Shown: positions 1 to 12,530, counted from the first letter of the stretch. The stretch is 64,000 nt of DNA from Isurus oxyrinchus (GCA_026770705.1 JANJGN010000035.1:7502001-7566000); one strand, 5' to 3'. Numbers and translations are program-made. The notes: generated by a model from the sequence alone, not told the origin.

Positions 1-590
1 TGACATTCAACAACCATAATCATCTTCCATTGAGGTAGCATGACTCCAATCAGTGGAGAATTTTCCCCGCTGACTCCCGTTGACTCCAGTTTAGCTCGGG
101 CTCCTTGATGACACACTCCGTCAAATGTTGCCTTGATGTGAAGGGCATCACTCTCATCTCAAGTCTTTTGTCCATGTTCGATCCAAGGCTGCAATGAGGT
201 CAGGAGCGGAGTGGCCCTTGTCCGAAACCAAGTTGGGCATCAGTGAGCAGGTTTTAGCTGACCAAGTGCCACTTGATAGCACTGTCTATGACCCATTCCA
301 TTCGTTTACTTATGATCAAGAGTAAACTGCTAGGGCGGTGATTGGCCGTGTTGTATTTATTCTGTTCTTTGTGCACGGGACATACCTGGGCATCTGCGGC
401 AGGAAGGTTGGGGAGGATGAAAATAAATATATTTTTTCCTCTTTTCTGTTCTCTCACCACCTATCGCAGACCCAGACCCGGACTAGCAGCTCTATCATTT
501 AGGACTCGGCCAGTAACTGCTTGTGTTACCAAGCGACGCACGGTGATTGAAGTCCCTCACCCAGAGTACACTCGGTGCTCTTGTCACGTG
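1..590 (-). mobile_element. L2/CR1-clade LINE fragments (APE endonuclease piece joined to RT piece)
   Basis: Minus strand reads APSVLWVRDFNH (APE 'WVGDFN' motif) at about 520-580. It also reads AQVCPVHK..NTANHRPSSLLLIISK..NLLTDAQLGF..IKATFD (RT N-terminal motifs) at 1-390. Confidence 0.85.
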
Positions 591-1041
591 ATAAGTTGCT
601 CTTGCTGACAGCCAGCTCGCCCCAGGCGGGCTAAATTGTAGTAGCCATTGTATGAGTTTTTGTTCCGATTTTCCTATGTTCGATTGAATCAACACACTTT
701 TACTGTCACCAGGTGAAGTTGCTTAGTTCCAGGAGATGCATTTGCCACAATTACCCTGGCAACAGCAAGAATGATTACTCAAGCATGTTCACTTTTTCCT
801 AAATTCCTACAAGCAGGAAAGAAATTATCGTTAACAGTTCAGTGCTTAGTAACTGATTGAACTAAGTGAATCATTGAATTATTTTGTAAAAGCCTAAAAT
901 AAATTAAATTCATTCTAAAATTGAAAAACTTAAATACAGTGATATCAGGCATCACTTGAATTCATTGCAGGCATTTCAATGTATATTTAGCAATTAATTT
1001 GGATCTTTTATATTTAAATTTCATGGCACATTCTAAGATAT

Positions 1042-2322
1042 TGTGATTAAATTAACCATTATTTATTAATCCATGATTTTAGGATGCATTTTGTTAAAAT
1101 GATAGCGAGTTAGGAAATATCTGTTTGACCTGAGGTTCAACATGCATTTAAGGATAATGAAAACTGAAGCTGAATCAGAACAAATGAAACCAATTCCAGC
1201 AACGGCGGAGCCAAATTTAGTTGACAGTAAACACTGCCCCGTTTTGTGTTTTATTTGTATGCTTGGGTGTCATAGCTATTTTCTCTTTCAGACGGTAGCA
1301 CACCTGCCACAATCGCCATCTCACTTTGCCCCGAGAAATTAACACTTCAGTAACTAAATGCCTCTTGTATTATGCTCTGACAAAATTCAGAACTCCAGAG
1401 GAATAGGAGAACAGAAGCCTAAAGATGACCTTCTAGAGAAAGGCAGGGCAGCAATATGGCAATCGGGCCTATAAAGTGAAGGTAAGAGTGCAGGGCAGAG
1501 GGAAAGGCACCAAGCTTCAGATTGACATAGTCAGAAGCTGTAAAAAGGATACTTACAGTGTTGACAGCTAGCAAGAGGGAACATGGTCCAAAGAGAAAAA
1601 TGATTGGCTGTAACTCTTTCTCATTGGCATCTGGAGCAATGCTGAACTGTTTGTGGATGGGTCAGATAGACAGAGTGCGTGGATGACACCTAGAATTCAT
1701 GTGGGGACTCAGGACAGAGGAGAATCAGATGGAGAGTTCAAAACCTGGAATTTGAATTCTAACAGAAGTATATGTGAGCATTCATTGTTAGGGAGAAATT
1801 TCGAAAGCAAGCTTTTGGAGAATGGAAATTTGAAACGCACATATGAAAGTCGGAGTTCAGTGAGACCTGTGGGTTCACGGTGCAACACGCGCACAGGTGT
1901 AGTTGTTCTAGGCTGGCGGTGGGGTGTAATTGAGGAAAGAAAATGATAGAATCCTTTGGAGATGGCATCTATCACTTGGTTTGGGAATATGCTGTTTCTG
2001 ACCATCCAGTGCTAATGGGTTTCATGGATTGTTTAATTGATGTACACATTAGAGTATAAGATAACTTTGTAAATTGGTTTATCCTTAAAAAATGTGAATA
2101 CACCTGCAGGTTATAGTCGTGGGTAAATGAATATTGTAACCAAGTTCATCGTTCCTTGTTACATAAATGTTTTATTCCTTTGTTAAACATCATCATATCG
2201 TCCCTATGTCTCTGTTCTGTAGTTATTCACTAAGAACCGAAAGAAACATACAAATAAATATTCGAAGCTATCAAGTTGGATTCAATGCTTTTCTTGGGGT
2301 AACCTTAGCTGAGATCAGAACA
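1042..2322 (+). repeat. 5' LTR of element 1 (left boundary uncertain)
   Basis: Ends gagatcagaaCA. Shares blocks with 5677-7004: ggagagttcaaaacctgga (1731 vs 6431), ggagtt(c/t)agtgagacc..gttcacgg (1854 vs 6541), ataaatgt(t/g)ttattc (2163 vs 6854). Confidence 0.7.
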
Positions 2323-5300
2323 AAGTGTTGTGCTGTTATGGGATTGGAAATATGGTCCGTGTTCGACTGAACATGGAACAATAATTGGCCTGGCACTGGA
2401 AATCATTGACAATGCTGGGATTTCTGTAAGATTTCAAAAGGTACATAGAGGTGAACAGTTACTGGTCATAAGAATTAGAGTTGCTGTGAGATATTTTGGA
2501 CGGTTTGAAATTCGAAATGGCGTTGGTGGTTGGTAAGACGTTTCTTCCTATGAAAAATCTAACTCTGAATGTTTTACAGAATTTAGTCAAGAGTACGCTC
2601 ATATAATTGGTGGATAATTTAGAGATAGAATTACCCGGAGGGAAGAGGAAACAGGCGTAGCACAGCATGTAATGCTGGAAAGGCTAACAGGGATACAACG
2701 TTTTCATTGAGCCGGTCACAGCTTCAGCTGGAGAGCCTTCAGTTACAAATGAAAAATTTTGACCTTGAAGGAGCAACGGGAATGAAAAAGGAAGCAAAGG
2801 ACTAGAAGCTGCAGGAAAATAAAGGGCTGAAGAAGTAAAAATGCCATTTAAAGGTAGCAAGCAGAAAGACAGGAGAAATTAAGGGAGCTGGAAGTGGAAC
2901 TCCAGGCAAGAGAGAAGGAAAAGGGAATTGAGGCAAGGGAAAGAGAGAAGGAAAGGAAAAATGCGTACCAGCTGGGAAGGCTCGAATTTCAGAAGAGATT
3001 TCATATTCTGTAAAAAGTTCTGATGATAAAAAAAGCATTTAAGCTGGTACTTCGAGGCGAGATGTTTAAGATTCTGCAAGCTGCCCTACGATTACAGGGG
3101 GAAAGGTGGATGCATTCTCTATTTCGCTGAAAACGTAGCCAGGGAAATGAAGTGGCAAAGATAAATGTGGGCATTCATTTTACAGAATAGGTTCGTACGT
3201 AGAGCTCATGACAGGACTATAAGGAAATAGCCTTGAGAGACCTATGTTGATTTGGAAAGACCAAAGCAAAGTGATGTTGACCGTTGGATAAGGATATTAA
3301 ATGCAAATACAAGGTAAATAATTCTCTGGGACGAATTTTAAGATACATTACCTCCAGTAGTTAGAGCACAAGTTGAACACAAGAACATTAGCAAGATTTC
3401 GTGGCAGCGGAGACAGCTGACGATTATGAAAAGGACCATTATTCAATACCTTTATTCCCACCTTCCCCGTGAACCCGTAAAAGTTAGAATATGGGAAGTG
3501 GAATAGAAGGGAAGTAGCCACAGAAGAGAAGGGACAACATGAAATTTGTAGGTAATTTTCCCTCAGGCTGGAAATGAATGCCATGAGGTTGGAAGTCTCA
3601 TCTAGAAGCCGATGTGTTATCATTCTGTCACACTGGGTCTTCTTAGGACAGATTGCTGGAGATTAAATGATAGACTTTTTTTCTTAGTAATAACGCCTAA
3701 GAAAGCCTCTGGAAAAAAGGCTATGGCAGAGAAATGAATTGTCTTTAAAACTGTAGAAGAAGATCAGGTGAATATTGTTTCCTCAGAACGTACAGGAAAG
3801 GGAGTTATGTTTCAGGGTATTCCAGTGAATACTCATTTGATTACTGGTGAAGAAGTCAGGGTATAAGAGTGCATGGATGTCTTTTTTTTTCCCAAAGTGT
3901 TGAATGTTCCATTACTCCTCCAGCAAAATAAGTAAACAGATAAAAATTCTGAGAGATTCTGATGCAGATCAAGCATTGACGGTGTTTGATGATACAATTA
4001 GTTCCCTGGATCATTATGTGAAGGGAAAAAATAAGACTAAGGTATTATTGGAATTTATGAACCTGTTTCTTTGCTTAAATTCGACTTACAAAGTTTCATT
4101 GTAAAATGAAATGTTACAGTGGGAATTGTTCCAAAATCAGCCGTGGAAGGGGCGGCTTTTATTCTGGGGAATGGGTTGGCTAGTGGAGATAACAATACTG
4201 TAATGACTGTTTTGCAGCAGGGGGTTGTTCATGTTGATCTAAACAACTACAAGAAGCTCCTGTGGCCAAAGACAAAACACTTATTGGCAATAACAGCCAA
4301 CTGAAGGAAAACCTCACTAAAGTAGAAAACCCAGGTGCGAAAGACGAATTTGCTAATTATGGTAAGGGATTGCTGGGAACAAATGAGAATAAGTCGCAGA
4401 AAGCAGAACAGCTGAGTGGGACGTAAAATGTCGAAATGATAAACTCGCAGAAACATATTTAACAAAATTCAATCTTCAGTTAAAACTTGATGAACTTCCT
4501 GCACCACTACTTGCCATCAAATATCATAAACATGCATTGAATATGTGAAAAAGAATGACAGTGAATCACAATAATTGGTTCAAAGCAGAAAAAAAGAATA
4601 AGTCTGTCCACCTGTTAGAACTTCGTCATGAAAGGAGTAATGAGATTTTCGATCTCCGATGCAAACTGGACGAAAGGGAAAATAGAATGTTTGATCTGCA
4701 TTGTCATAGGACCAAAACTATTTCTCTGAATAAAAACTATTTAATGAATTGTTGTCCAGTTGAGCAAGGAACTGACCTGTGTAACATCACTGTTGTATCA
4801 ACTTCGTCACGGACAATTTGAAAACAATTAAAGTGCAGAACGAATTGGAAATCTATAAAAACCAACAAAAAAAAAACTTAAATTGAAAAATGGCTTTTGA
4901 AAGTCAACGGCAAGAGAGACTGATTCATAGGTGCTTACGTTGCTAATACATGAAATAAACAGTTGGATTCCAGGGAATTGGACAGTTTGCAAATGTCCAT
5001 TCAATACCTGGAAAGAGGTGGACTGATACAATTTTTGCTATATAGAAAATATCTGAAGGCTGGAACTTCGCAGGGAGAACACAATTTAAACTTATTAAAA
5101 CAAGGGGAAAATGTCTATTCAAAATGGAATCGGAACAAGGTAACAATATCATACAATTCTGAAACATAAGACCAAACAGGAATATTAAATGCTACTACAT
5201 GAACACCACCATCTTAATAGCATCTTTGAAACGGCAAAAGGAGATTTTTAACAGAGAGGAATTTAGATGTTAGAGGAGAGATGTGCCATTTTAGTGCAGT

Positions 5301-5676
5301 ACGGATTGAAAAATCAGCTTGAACATCCGACAAATCAAAAAGACGATTGGGCTGTAGACTTATATGGAACACTTTTTTTTGTTGTGTTAAAGACTTGAAC
5401 TAACAGGAAAAAGGTAACATCAGGGTTCATTTATGATAATGCTATATTGTACAAATTATGTTAATCGAGTTGCATTTATTGACTTACGATAAGAAGAATT
5501 TTGTAATTGTGCGATATAACATGTCCAATTGCGAAACAAAATGGAAAGTTCATTTGTTAAATCAGTAACACAATACATTTTTAGAGCTTTATAACTTTAG
5601 GTTTGTGTAAGGTGGGTGTAAGGGCGTTGAAAATAAATCTTATCGGTGTGCAGCTTTCTTCCTCCATAGGGGAAGG

Positions 5677-7004
5677 TGATGGAAAGATAAATAATTTAAG
5701 TAAGTTATATTGGCATTTGCAGGTGTAAAACATAGTGCCAGCTTTAAAGTTTAACCTGGTTTGCATGTGTGTGTGTGTGTGTGTGTTGTGTTTGTGTGGT
5801 ATGAAAGTTCAGACTAAATTTTATTTATATTTTCAGATGCTTGATTGTAATCCTAATGAAGAGTTTTCCGACCCTGACGTGAAGGCCAACATAAGAGAGT
5901 AGAATAATTTAACTGCTGTTTAGCAACATGATGAGTCAGAGAGGCAGGTCCCTCCCACTGACAGAAACAGAGGAGGGAAACAACCGTTAGTTTTTGAAGC
6001 TGTATGAATTCAGTGAGTTTGAAAACAACTGTGAAGCAGAGGCAATGAACACGGAGACAGATAGCAAGACCCAAGCTGAGGAAAATCAAACAAACCCAGG
6101 TGTTAGGAAGAACAGACTGCGCAAAGATATACTTCTCGTCAAAGGAAGAACATAATTCTAGGAAAACAGTCCTGTGAAGTGAAGTTAAAAGTGTGAGGCA
6201 GATAGAAAGGCCCCATGCTTCAGATTCAAAGATACAAATCTGCAGAAAGCGGACTGAATTCGAGGACAGCTTGCAAGAGCCAAGAAGTTCCCAATTGACA
6301 ACTGAAGGGCTGTAATTCTTTCCTAAGGGCAAGTGAAGCATTGGTGTACTGTTATAGGCTGAGACAGAGAAAAATGGTGTGTGGAAGACAGCATGCATGC
6401 ATGTGGTGTCCCAGGGTAGAAGAACATCAGGGAGAGTTCAAAAACCTGGAGGTGAACCTTGTGAAAAAGCATTCGATTTGGGATAAGATTCTAAAGCGTT
6501 TTCTTGGAGAGTGGATAGTGGAACCCCATGGGTGAAAGATGGAGTTTAGTGAGACCCGTTTGTTCACGGCTTGACAACCGTCTCACAAAATAGTGTCGGG
6601 GATGGGCGACGTGAGAATGAGAGTTGTGGCGAGGTTAACAACACCCATTGGAGGGGGGAACTTTCTTTTGATTTCATTGTGGTTGTGTATGACTACAGGG
6701 CGCCATTTGTTTACGTGGAGTGTATAATTACTGTGTAGATTAGAATGAAAGATATCTTTTTAAACTTCCGTTATCCTGCCAAATCTAACTGCGTCTGTAA
6801 AAATGTAGTTATGATGAAAAAACATAGCAACATAGTTCATCTTTTCTTGTTGAATAAATGTGTTATTCTTGTGTGTAAAATTCATCAGCTGATCCGTTTC
6901 CCTCTGTTCAGAGGCTTAAAAAACATTTAACAGTTGTGAGCTATTAAGCCGCTGCATTCTGGGTTCAGGCATGTCCAGGCGTAATGTCAGCTGGGCTCAT
7001 AACA
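5677..7004 (+). repeat. 3' LTR of element 1
   Basis: Starts TG directly after the PPT and ends gggctcataaCA. Homologous blocks to the 5' LTR. Contains a (TG)n tract at about 5766-5800. Confidence 0.75.
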
Positions 7005-7233
7005 TTTGTTTCTTTTTGTTTGTTAATGGTATGAACAGAAAACAAAATGAACCCTGACCTCCAATAATAGGCACACGACTTAAAAGATTAACAAATTATA
7101 CAAACCATCAGTTCTGTTAACACCAAAAGTTTCATGCGATAGGAAAAGTTTCTGCAAAAAGCATACTCCCTATCATACAACATTGTTATTGCCGTTCTGC
7201 TTAGCTGTGCAGGTGTTTAAAGCAAATTATTCC

Positions 7234-7587
7234 CTTCATTGGCCGGGTTGTCACAGCGAAAATTTACAATCAACTGCAAACCGCCATGCAATTTTACTTC
7301 ATGCATGTCTTTAAAGTGTCTCCAGTGCCTAACGTGGTGTGAGAAAACACAGACAAAGCCACTGAACAGCGAAGTAAATGGGAATGTGTAACTATATAAT
7401 GAGCCTATCTCCTGTCTGAAACCTGAGTCATAACCTGCTGCGATTTCTTCCAAGTACCCACTGAATATCCTGCTGAATAATCTATTTGCCCTGGCATATA
7501 CGCACCATTTGTTCTTACAGGCAATCCTCACCTCAGACTCAACCTCTGATACAACTAGTTTCTTCGGTCTTGATGTTATGAACGGTC
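7234..7587 (-). pseudogene. Candidate ZP-N-like exon (354 nt, open frame, phase 1-1)
   Basis: Pyrimidine tract plus TAG acceptor at 7588-7590. 118 stop-free codons: ..SEVRIACKNKWCVYAR..LEEIAAGYDSGFRQEIGSLYSYTFPF..GLQLIVNFRCDNPANE. The putative donor reads GG instead of GT (GAAG|ggaata). Confidence 0.4.
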
Positions 7588-8090
7588 CTACATACGGATT
7601 TTTGAAGATAAGAAAAAGGGGCAGCAGTTGATCTTAAGATGCCTGGAGGATACTCTGCCACTGTATAATATCGCAGTTCATCTAGTCTGTCTATTGACAC
7701 AAATTTCATTTTTATTTCTCATGACGGAACCGTATGCCATAACGGATCAGTGTACAGATATAAGATATACAACCTGTACATTCTTAGAAATATCTAGCAA
7801 GACCTTTTACTATCTAATAGGTTCTGATGATGCATGCTTCATTCTTAGTAGCTTCATTTAATAAAGTGAACAGGTGTTGGGTGTTGATTATTAAAATTAT
7901 GCTCAGTTTTGTGCATACTGAATGGCATCAAAATGGAGGCAAGGAGGTTGGGTCTGTGCGATGGGGATTGTGTTTGATTTCAGAAATAAGATGTAAGAAG
8001 AAAACTCTCCGGTTAGCATTAGACAGGATCGTCTGATGAATCCTAGCATTAGTTACGTCTTCACAGAAAGGTTTGGTCATTGCTTTGACA

Positions 8091-8109
8091 TTACTGGCAG
8101 AAGATTGTT
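8091..8109 (+). promoter_or_regulatory. Degenerate tRNA-iMet primer binding site
   Basis: ttactggcagaagattgtt immediately after the LTR ..ttgaCA resembles TGGTAGCAGAGGATGGTT. Confidence 0.5.
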
Positions 8110-9276
8110 GTCTGAAAGTGAAGATTAAAGACTATGAATTGCTTGCAGAACGAAGGTTAGATTTGGAAAAACTTTAAAAAAGAATGCAATTAGAAAAGCA
8201 TTGATTAAGTACACGGAAACAGTCATAACCTGCAGTAAATTATATCCCACCACTGCTTTGCGAAAGGGAACATGATGGTCAATCGACAAATAAAGCCAAT
8301 TGATAAATACAGGCTAGGTTTCTACCAAAATGAAATCTAGGGATGTTCTTTTGCTCCCTGCTAGGAGTAAGATCAGCCACAAAGTGTTGTCTAAAGTAAA
8401 CATGCAGTAACTGTGTGCTATAGAAGCTTTGGGCATTCTTTTAAAATCCAATAACACAATTTAATGGAAAGTTAATTTACTGAATCACCATGAGGCTCCT
8501 TCGGACTTCGATACATTTAGGAAAACATGATTGACTTTTCCAAAGAGGAAGGTATCACGGGACGCCACCGACCCTATAGTGGATTGCATTAATTCCACTT
8601 GGACATTGCTAAGTCAGAAACTTCATTTAAATAAAAGGGCTGTCTAGGAAATCGAACAGGGATAGGCTCTTGGTTTTTACCGGATTTTGAGTTATCCAAA
8701 GCAGTGCCTTTGGATGAAATGTCCGAAGCCTTAAAAATAATGCTCTGGATAAGCATGCATTTATGCCGCTTGTATGGCACACATGGTGTATTCAGCATTG
8801 ATTGTAAAGAGTAAGGATACAGTGCTATAATGAAGCACAATACAATTACAGGCAAATAAGGCAACAAGAGTAGATAAACCTGCAGAGCGACAACAGGCTG
8901 TGGGATTTGGGCAATTATGAAAGAATCAGAGACCCCAAGGATAACCAAATTGTGGTTAACAAGCTCTTGAGATGGGACCCTAAGTATCATTATGCTTTGT
9001 TTTGTCCAGAATAGAAAAAAAAAACGTATCGTTTGAGATAGAACATAATGTGGAAGACCCATAAGGTTATGAAGACGTTTCTGACTACTCAGAAGAAATC
9101 GTCTTGTTCAGCAGAAGCTTCAGTCCGGTAGTTATTATCTCAGTCCCAGATTCACTCAATAGCACAGTTCCAGATATTTAGTACAGTCCCACGATATGTG
9201 GAGTGGACTAGCTAATCTGTTACACAGTTTGTTTTAGTATGCATGACCGAAGGAAAATAAAGTAATATCACAGCTC

Positions 9277-10570
9277 AAAACACAAACAGAAATACCTGGA
9301 TGCGGACGCTGGTGGGGTGATAAGTGAGGACAAGGGGGACCCTATCATGTTTCTGGGAGGGAGGAGAAGTTGTGAGGGCAGATGCGCGGGAGTTGGGCTG
9401 GACACGGTTGAGGGCCCTGTCAACGACCGCCTTCTCCTTCCTCCCAGAAACATGATAGGGTCCCCCGTGTCCTCACCTATTACCCCACCAGCCTCCGCAT
9501 TCAAAGTATCATCCTCTGCCATTTCTGCCAACTCCAGCATGATGCCAACACCAAACACAGCTTCCCTTCTCCCCCTGTATCAGCATTCCATAGGGATCGC
9601 TCCCTCCGGGACACCCTGGTCAACTCATCCATCACCCACTACTCCTCAACCCCCTCCTATGGCACCACACCATGCCCACGCAAGAGATGCAACACCTGCC
9701 CTTCACTTGCTCACTCGTCCAAGGACCCAAACACTCGTTTCAAGTGAAGCAGCATTTTACTTGCATTTCCCCCAACTTAGTCTACTGCATTCGTTGCTCC
9801 CAATGTGGTCTCCTCTACATTGGAGAGACCAAACGTAAACTGGGCGACCGCTTTGCTGAACACCTGCGGTCTGTCCGCAAGAATGACCCAAACCTCTCTG
9901 TCGCTTGCCAATTTAACACTCCACCCTGCTCTCTTGCCCACATGTCTGTCCTTGGCTTGCTGCATTGTTCCAGTGAAGCCCAATGCAAACTGCAGGAACA
10001 ACACCTAATCTTCCGACTAGGCACCTTACAGCCTTCCGGACTGAATATTGAATTCAACAACTTTAGGTCGTGAGCTCCCTCCCCCATCCCCACCCCCTTT
10101 CTGTTTCCCCCTTCCTATTTTTCCCAATGAATTATAAAGATTTTCCTTTTCCCATCTATTTCCATTATATAAAAAAACCCACTAGAGCTATACCTTGAGT
10201 GCCCTACCATCCATTCTTAATTAGCGCATTTGTTTAGATAATATCACCAACTTTAACGTTAACACCTATGTGTTCTATTGTACTGTTCTTGTTGACATCT
10301 TTTGATGATCTGCTTCTATCACTGCTTGTTTGTCCATACAACCACACCCCCCACCTCTCTCTCTCTCTATCTCTCCGCCACCCAGACACACACATTAAAC
10401 CAGCTTATATTTCAACTCTTTCTTGGACTCGAACTCAAGTTCTGTCGAAGGGTCATGACGACTCGAAACGTCAACTCTTTTCTTCTCCGCCGATGCTGCC
10501 AGACCTGCTGAGTTTTTCCAGGTAATTCTGTTTGTGTTTTGGATTTTCAGCGTCTGCAGTTTTTTTTTAT
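9277..10570 (+). mobile_element. Young 5'-truncated Penelope-like element with GIY-YIG endonuclease, inverted 5' part and 15-bp TSD
   Basis: ORF 9672-10073 NLVYCIRCSQCGLLYIGETKRKLGDRFAEHLRSV, with PCPRKRCNTCP upstream in another frame. TSD gtaatat(c/g)acagctc at 9262-9276 and 10571-10585. Confidence 0.95.
10438..10476 (+). ncRNA. Minimal type I hammerhead ribozyme motif (variant core) in the Penelope tail
   Basis: agtt-CUGUCGA-a-gggtc(atgac)gactc-GAAA-CG-UC-aact. Stem I is agtt/aact, stem II is gggtc/gactc, stem III is the palindrome ACGU. The core has U at the normally invariant A6. Confidence 0.7.
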
Positions 10571-12530
10571 GTAATATGACAGCTCTTCGTGCTAAATTGC
10601 TTGCCTTTGGAAATCTGAACATTTGCACTTTAAGCAGTCGGGGCAATATTTCAATCCATGACGTCATGTCAACTCCAGGCGGAATGCCAAAACGATATTA
10701 ATGGCAGCTTGGTGAGGGGTTTCCAGAGCAACAAACAAATTATATCAAAAAACATATTGACGATTTGCACGTCGCTCCGGAAATAAGTTGAAGATCTTTT
10801 TAAATGATGCATCGATATTGGATATAGAAAGCAGTAGACCTGTCAAGGACATTTGTGAATAAATGTGATATTTGTAAAAGGTACAGGTCAAAGCCATCAC
10901 AACCCAGAGGAAGTTTTCCATAGGGAGATATTTTAATGGGATTATAGAGATGGAAACCATAACATGGGATCAAATAAAACAACAAGATTTAGACTGACAA
11001 CGTTACCCTGTATCAACGACCATTTTTTTAAAAAGTGCATCTTAAGAGAATAGAAATATGGGTAAGAAGAGCCAGTAACTAGCTAAATTATTTATGAAAA
11101 AATGAAGGAACTTTGCCATTGATCAATTCAGCGGTACATGAGAAATTCGGAATATTGTAAAAATGCATACAGCAACAGAATATCTTTAGGCAATGGATTA
11201 CGTGAGAGAAATAATGTTGTCCAACCAAATTGTAAATTGCAACATGTCTAACCTGGGCATTACAGGTTATACCACATTCCTGGCAGTTACGGGCTAATGC
11301 CCTTATCAATTATTATGCAGCAGGAATCCAAAGAAACCACAAATATTGTGGGAGCAACCAGCGGGTTTGGAAGGGAGTAGAAATTGTTGCATTTTTAGAG
11401 AATGTCTGGATGTCTTCCAAGTAGGGAGGGTAATATTTATTGAAGCAGAGGTTTCAGTGAAAAATATTTGGAGAGACTTGAAGCATCGAATTAGATCGTC
11501 AGGAATGTATTTCAAGCCCGGGGAAATGGTGAATTGTAAATGAGAAGAACAGAAAGAATGGCGAGTTCCAGGAAATCTTGTGGGAAATTATAGCAAAGCA
11601 GTAATCTTGTAAAATGATTACCAGTGGTTAGACCGCATTCCCTGCTGCTTACTGACACTGCTAACACATTGACAGTGGCCCAACAGATGTTGCAAAGTGA
11701 CGATGCACCTTGAATTTAACATACATATATGTTGGAAGTTTACTGACAGCAGGTTCTGTCAAATTAGGGACTAACAAGGAGCCAAACAAATCCTAGTGAA
11801 CATCAATATGGGGCTATTCAACACAAAGGTCGAATACTAAATGTTGAAACGGGTGGCATATATGCCATAAGTGGCCAGTGAATCTAACAAAGCTAGTACG
11901 CTAGGAAGGTCAAGGCAGGACTGAGAAAAATAGAAAAAAACTGAATTTGCAAGGTAAGGGAGAGAATATACGTTCTTTTGGTTGACAGCAGGAAGTAAAC
12001 ATCCATAAAGCAAGGAAGCTTCGGTTAAGTTCTGACAGTGTTCCAAAATGTGATGACCTCCCAAGGAAAATAACAAAAAGTTTTGAAAGGAAGTCTAGTC
12101 GCAGGATGCGCAGGTCCGCTAGTAGTAGACCAGACTGGGAGAGGAAATTTCCTGTGGACGAATTTTAACAATATCAGCGCCAAATAGCAGGTGAGCAGCG
12201 ACATGACACCCTACGATAGAGCAGCTGTAGTGATGACAAAGAAATTAGATGGTTCATGGGTGACGGAGGCAAAACAAAAATAACTTGACAGTGAGCAGTG
12301 CGTTTGGAGTTTTCACAACGGTTCCAAAAAAAAGCAAGTAAAGCATTATCCCAGCGATGGATATAGATGGAGAATTATTTTTTCCTCGTGGCTGACTTGA
12401 AGCATGGAGATTGATGGAACAATTGGTCGACAAGACATAGGCGTGATCCACAACAGCAGGAAAACGTACGTTTGAGCATTTCCTTAGCATTTTTTTAGCG
12501 TCATGCTCCAGGGAATGTAAATCCATTTGG

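Larger units (their letters stand above)
1042..7004 (+). mobile_element. Degenerate Gypsy (Gmr1-related) LTR element with gag and protease, no recognisable IN/RT
   Basis: Paired diverged LTRs. Glu/Lys/Arg-rich coiled-coil gag at about 2750-3000, capsid-like region at about 3060-3430, degenerate Zn knuckle CYH..LGLLRTDCW at about 3613, protease IKILRDSDADQ at about 3940 and FILGNGLASG at about 4160. Polypurine tract aggggaagg at 5668-5676. Confidence 0.8.
7875..12530 (+). mobile_element. Degenerate Ty1/Copia LTR retrotransposon (LTR-PBS-gag-PR-IN-RT, 3' truncated)
   Basis: Short LTR at about 7875-8090 ending CA. gag LPARSKISHKVLSK..HEAPSDFDTFRK at about 8350-8530, knuckle remnant KYHYALFCP at about 8985, protease-like TICGVD*LICY at about 9190. 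Integrase at about 10750-11580 (FIEAEVS..RIRSSG..FKPGEMV..EWRVPG). Copia RT start EAKQK*LDS..FGVFT..ALSQRWI at about 12265-12530. Confidence 0.75.

Noticed and set aside
5853-6398. 181-aa minus-strand ORF
   Set aside because: It lies inside the 3' LTR, antisense to purine-rich sequence, and has no domain features.
7580-7640. Apparent match to C1orf127 (CP..QKSVC.GPFITSRP)
   Set aside because: It needs two frameshifts within about 40 nt and is more simply read as a polypyrimidine tract and acceptor. It was not used to name the gene.
9268-9838. Two ORFs with mirrored peptides (GDPIMFLGGRR / LLLPPRNMIGSP)
   Set aside because: They are a by-product of the Penelope inverted repeat, not genes.
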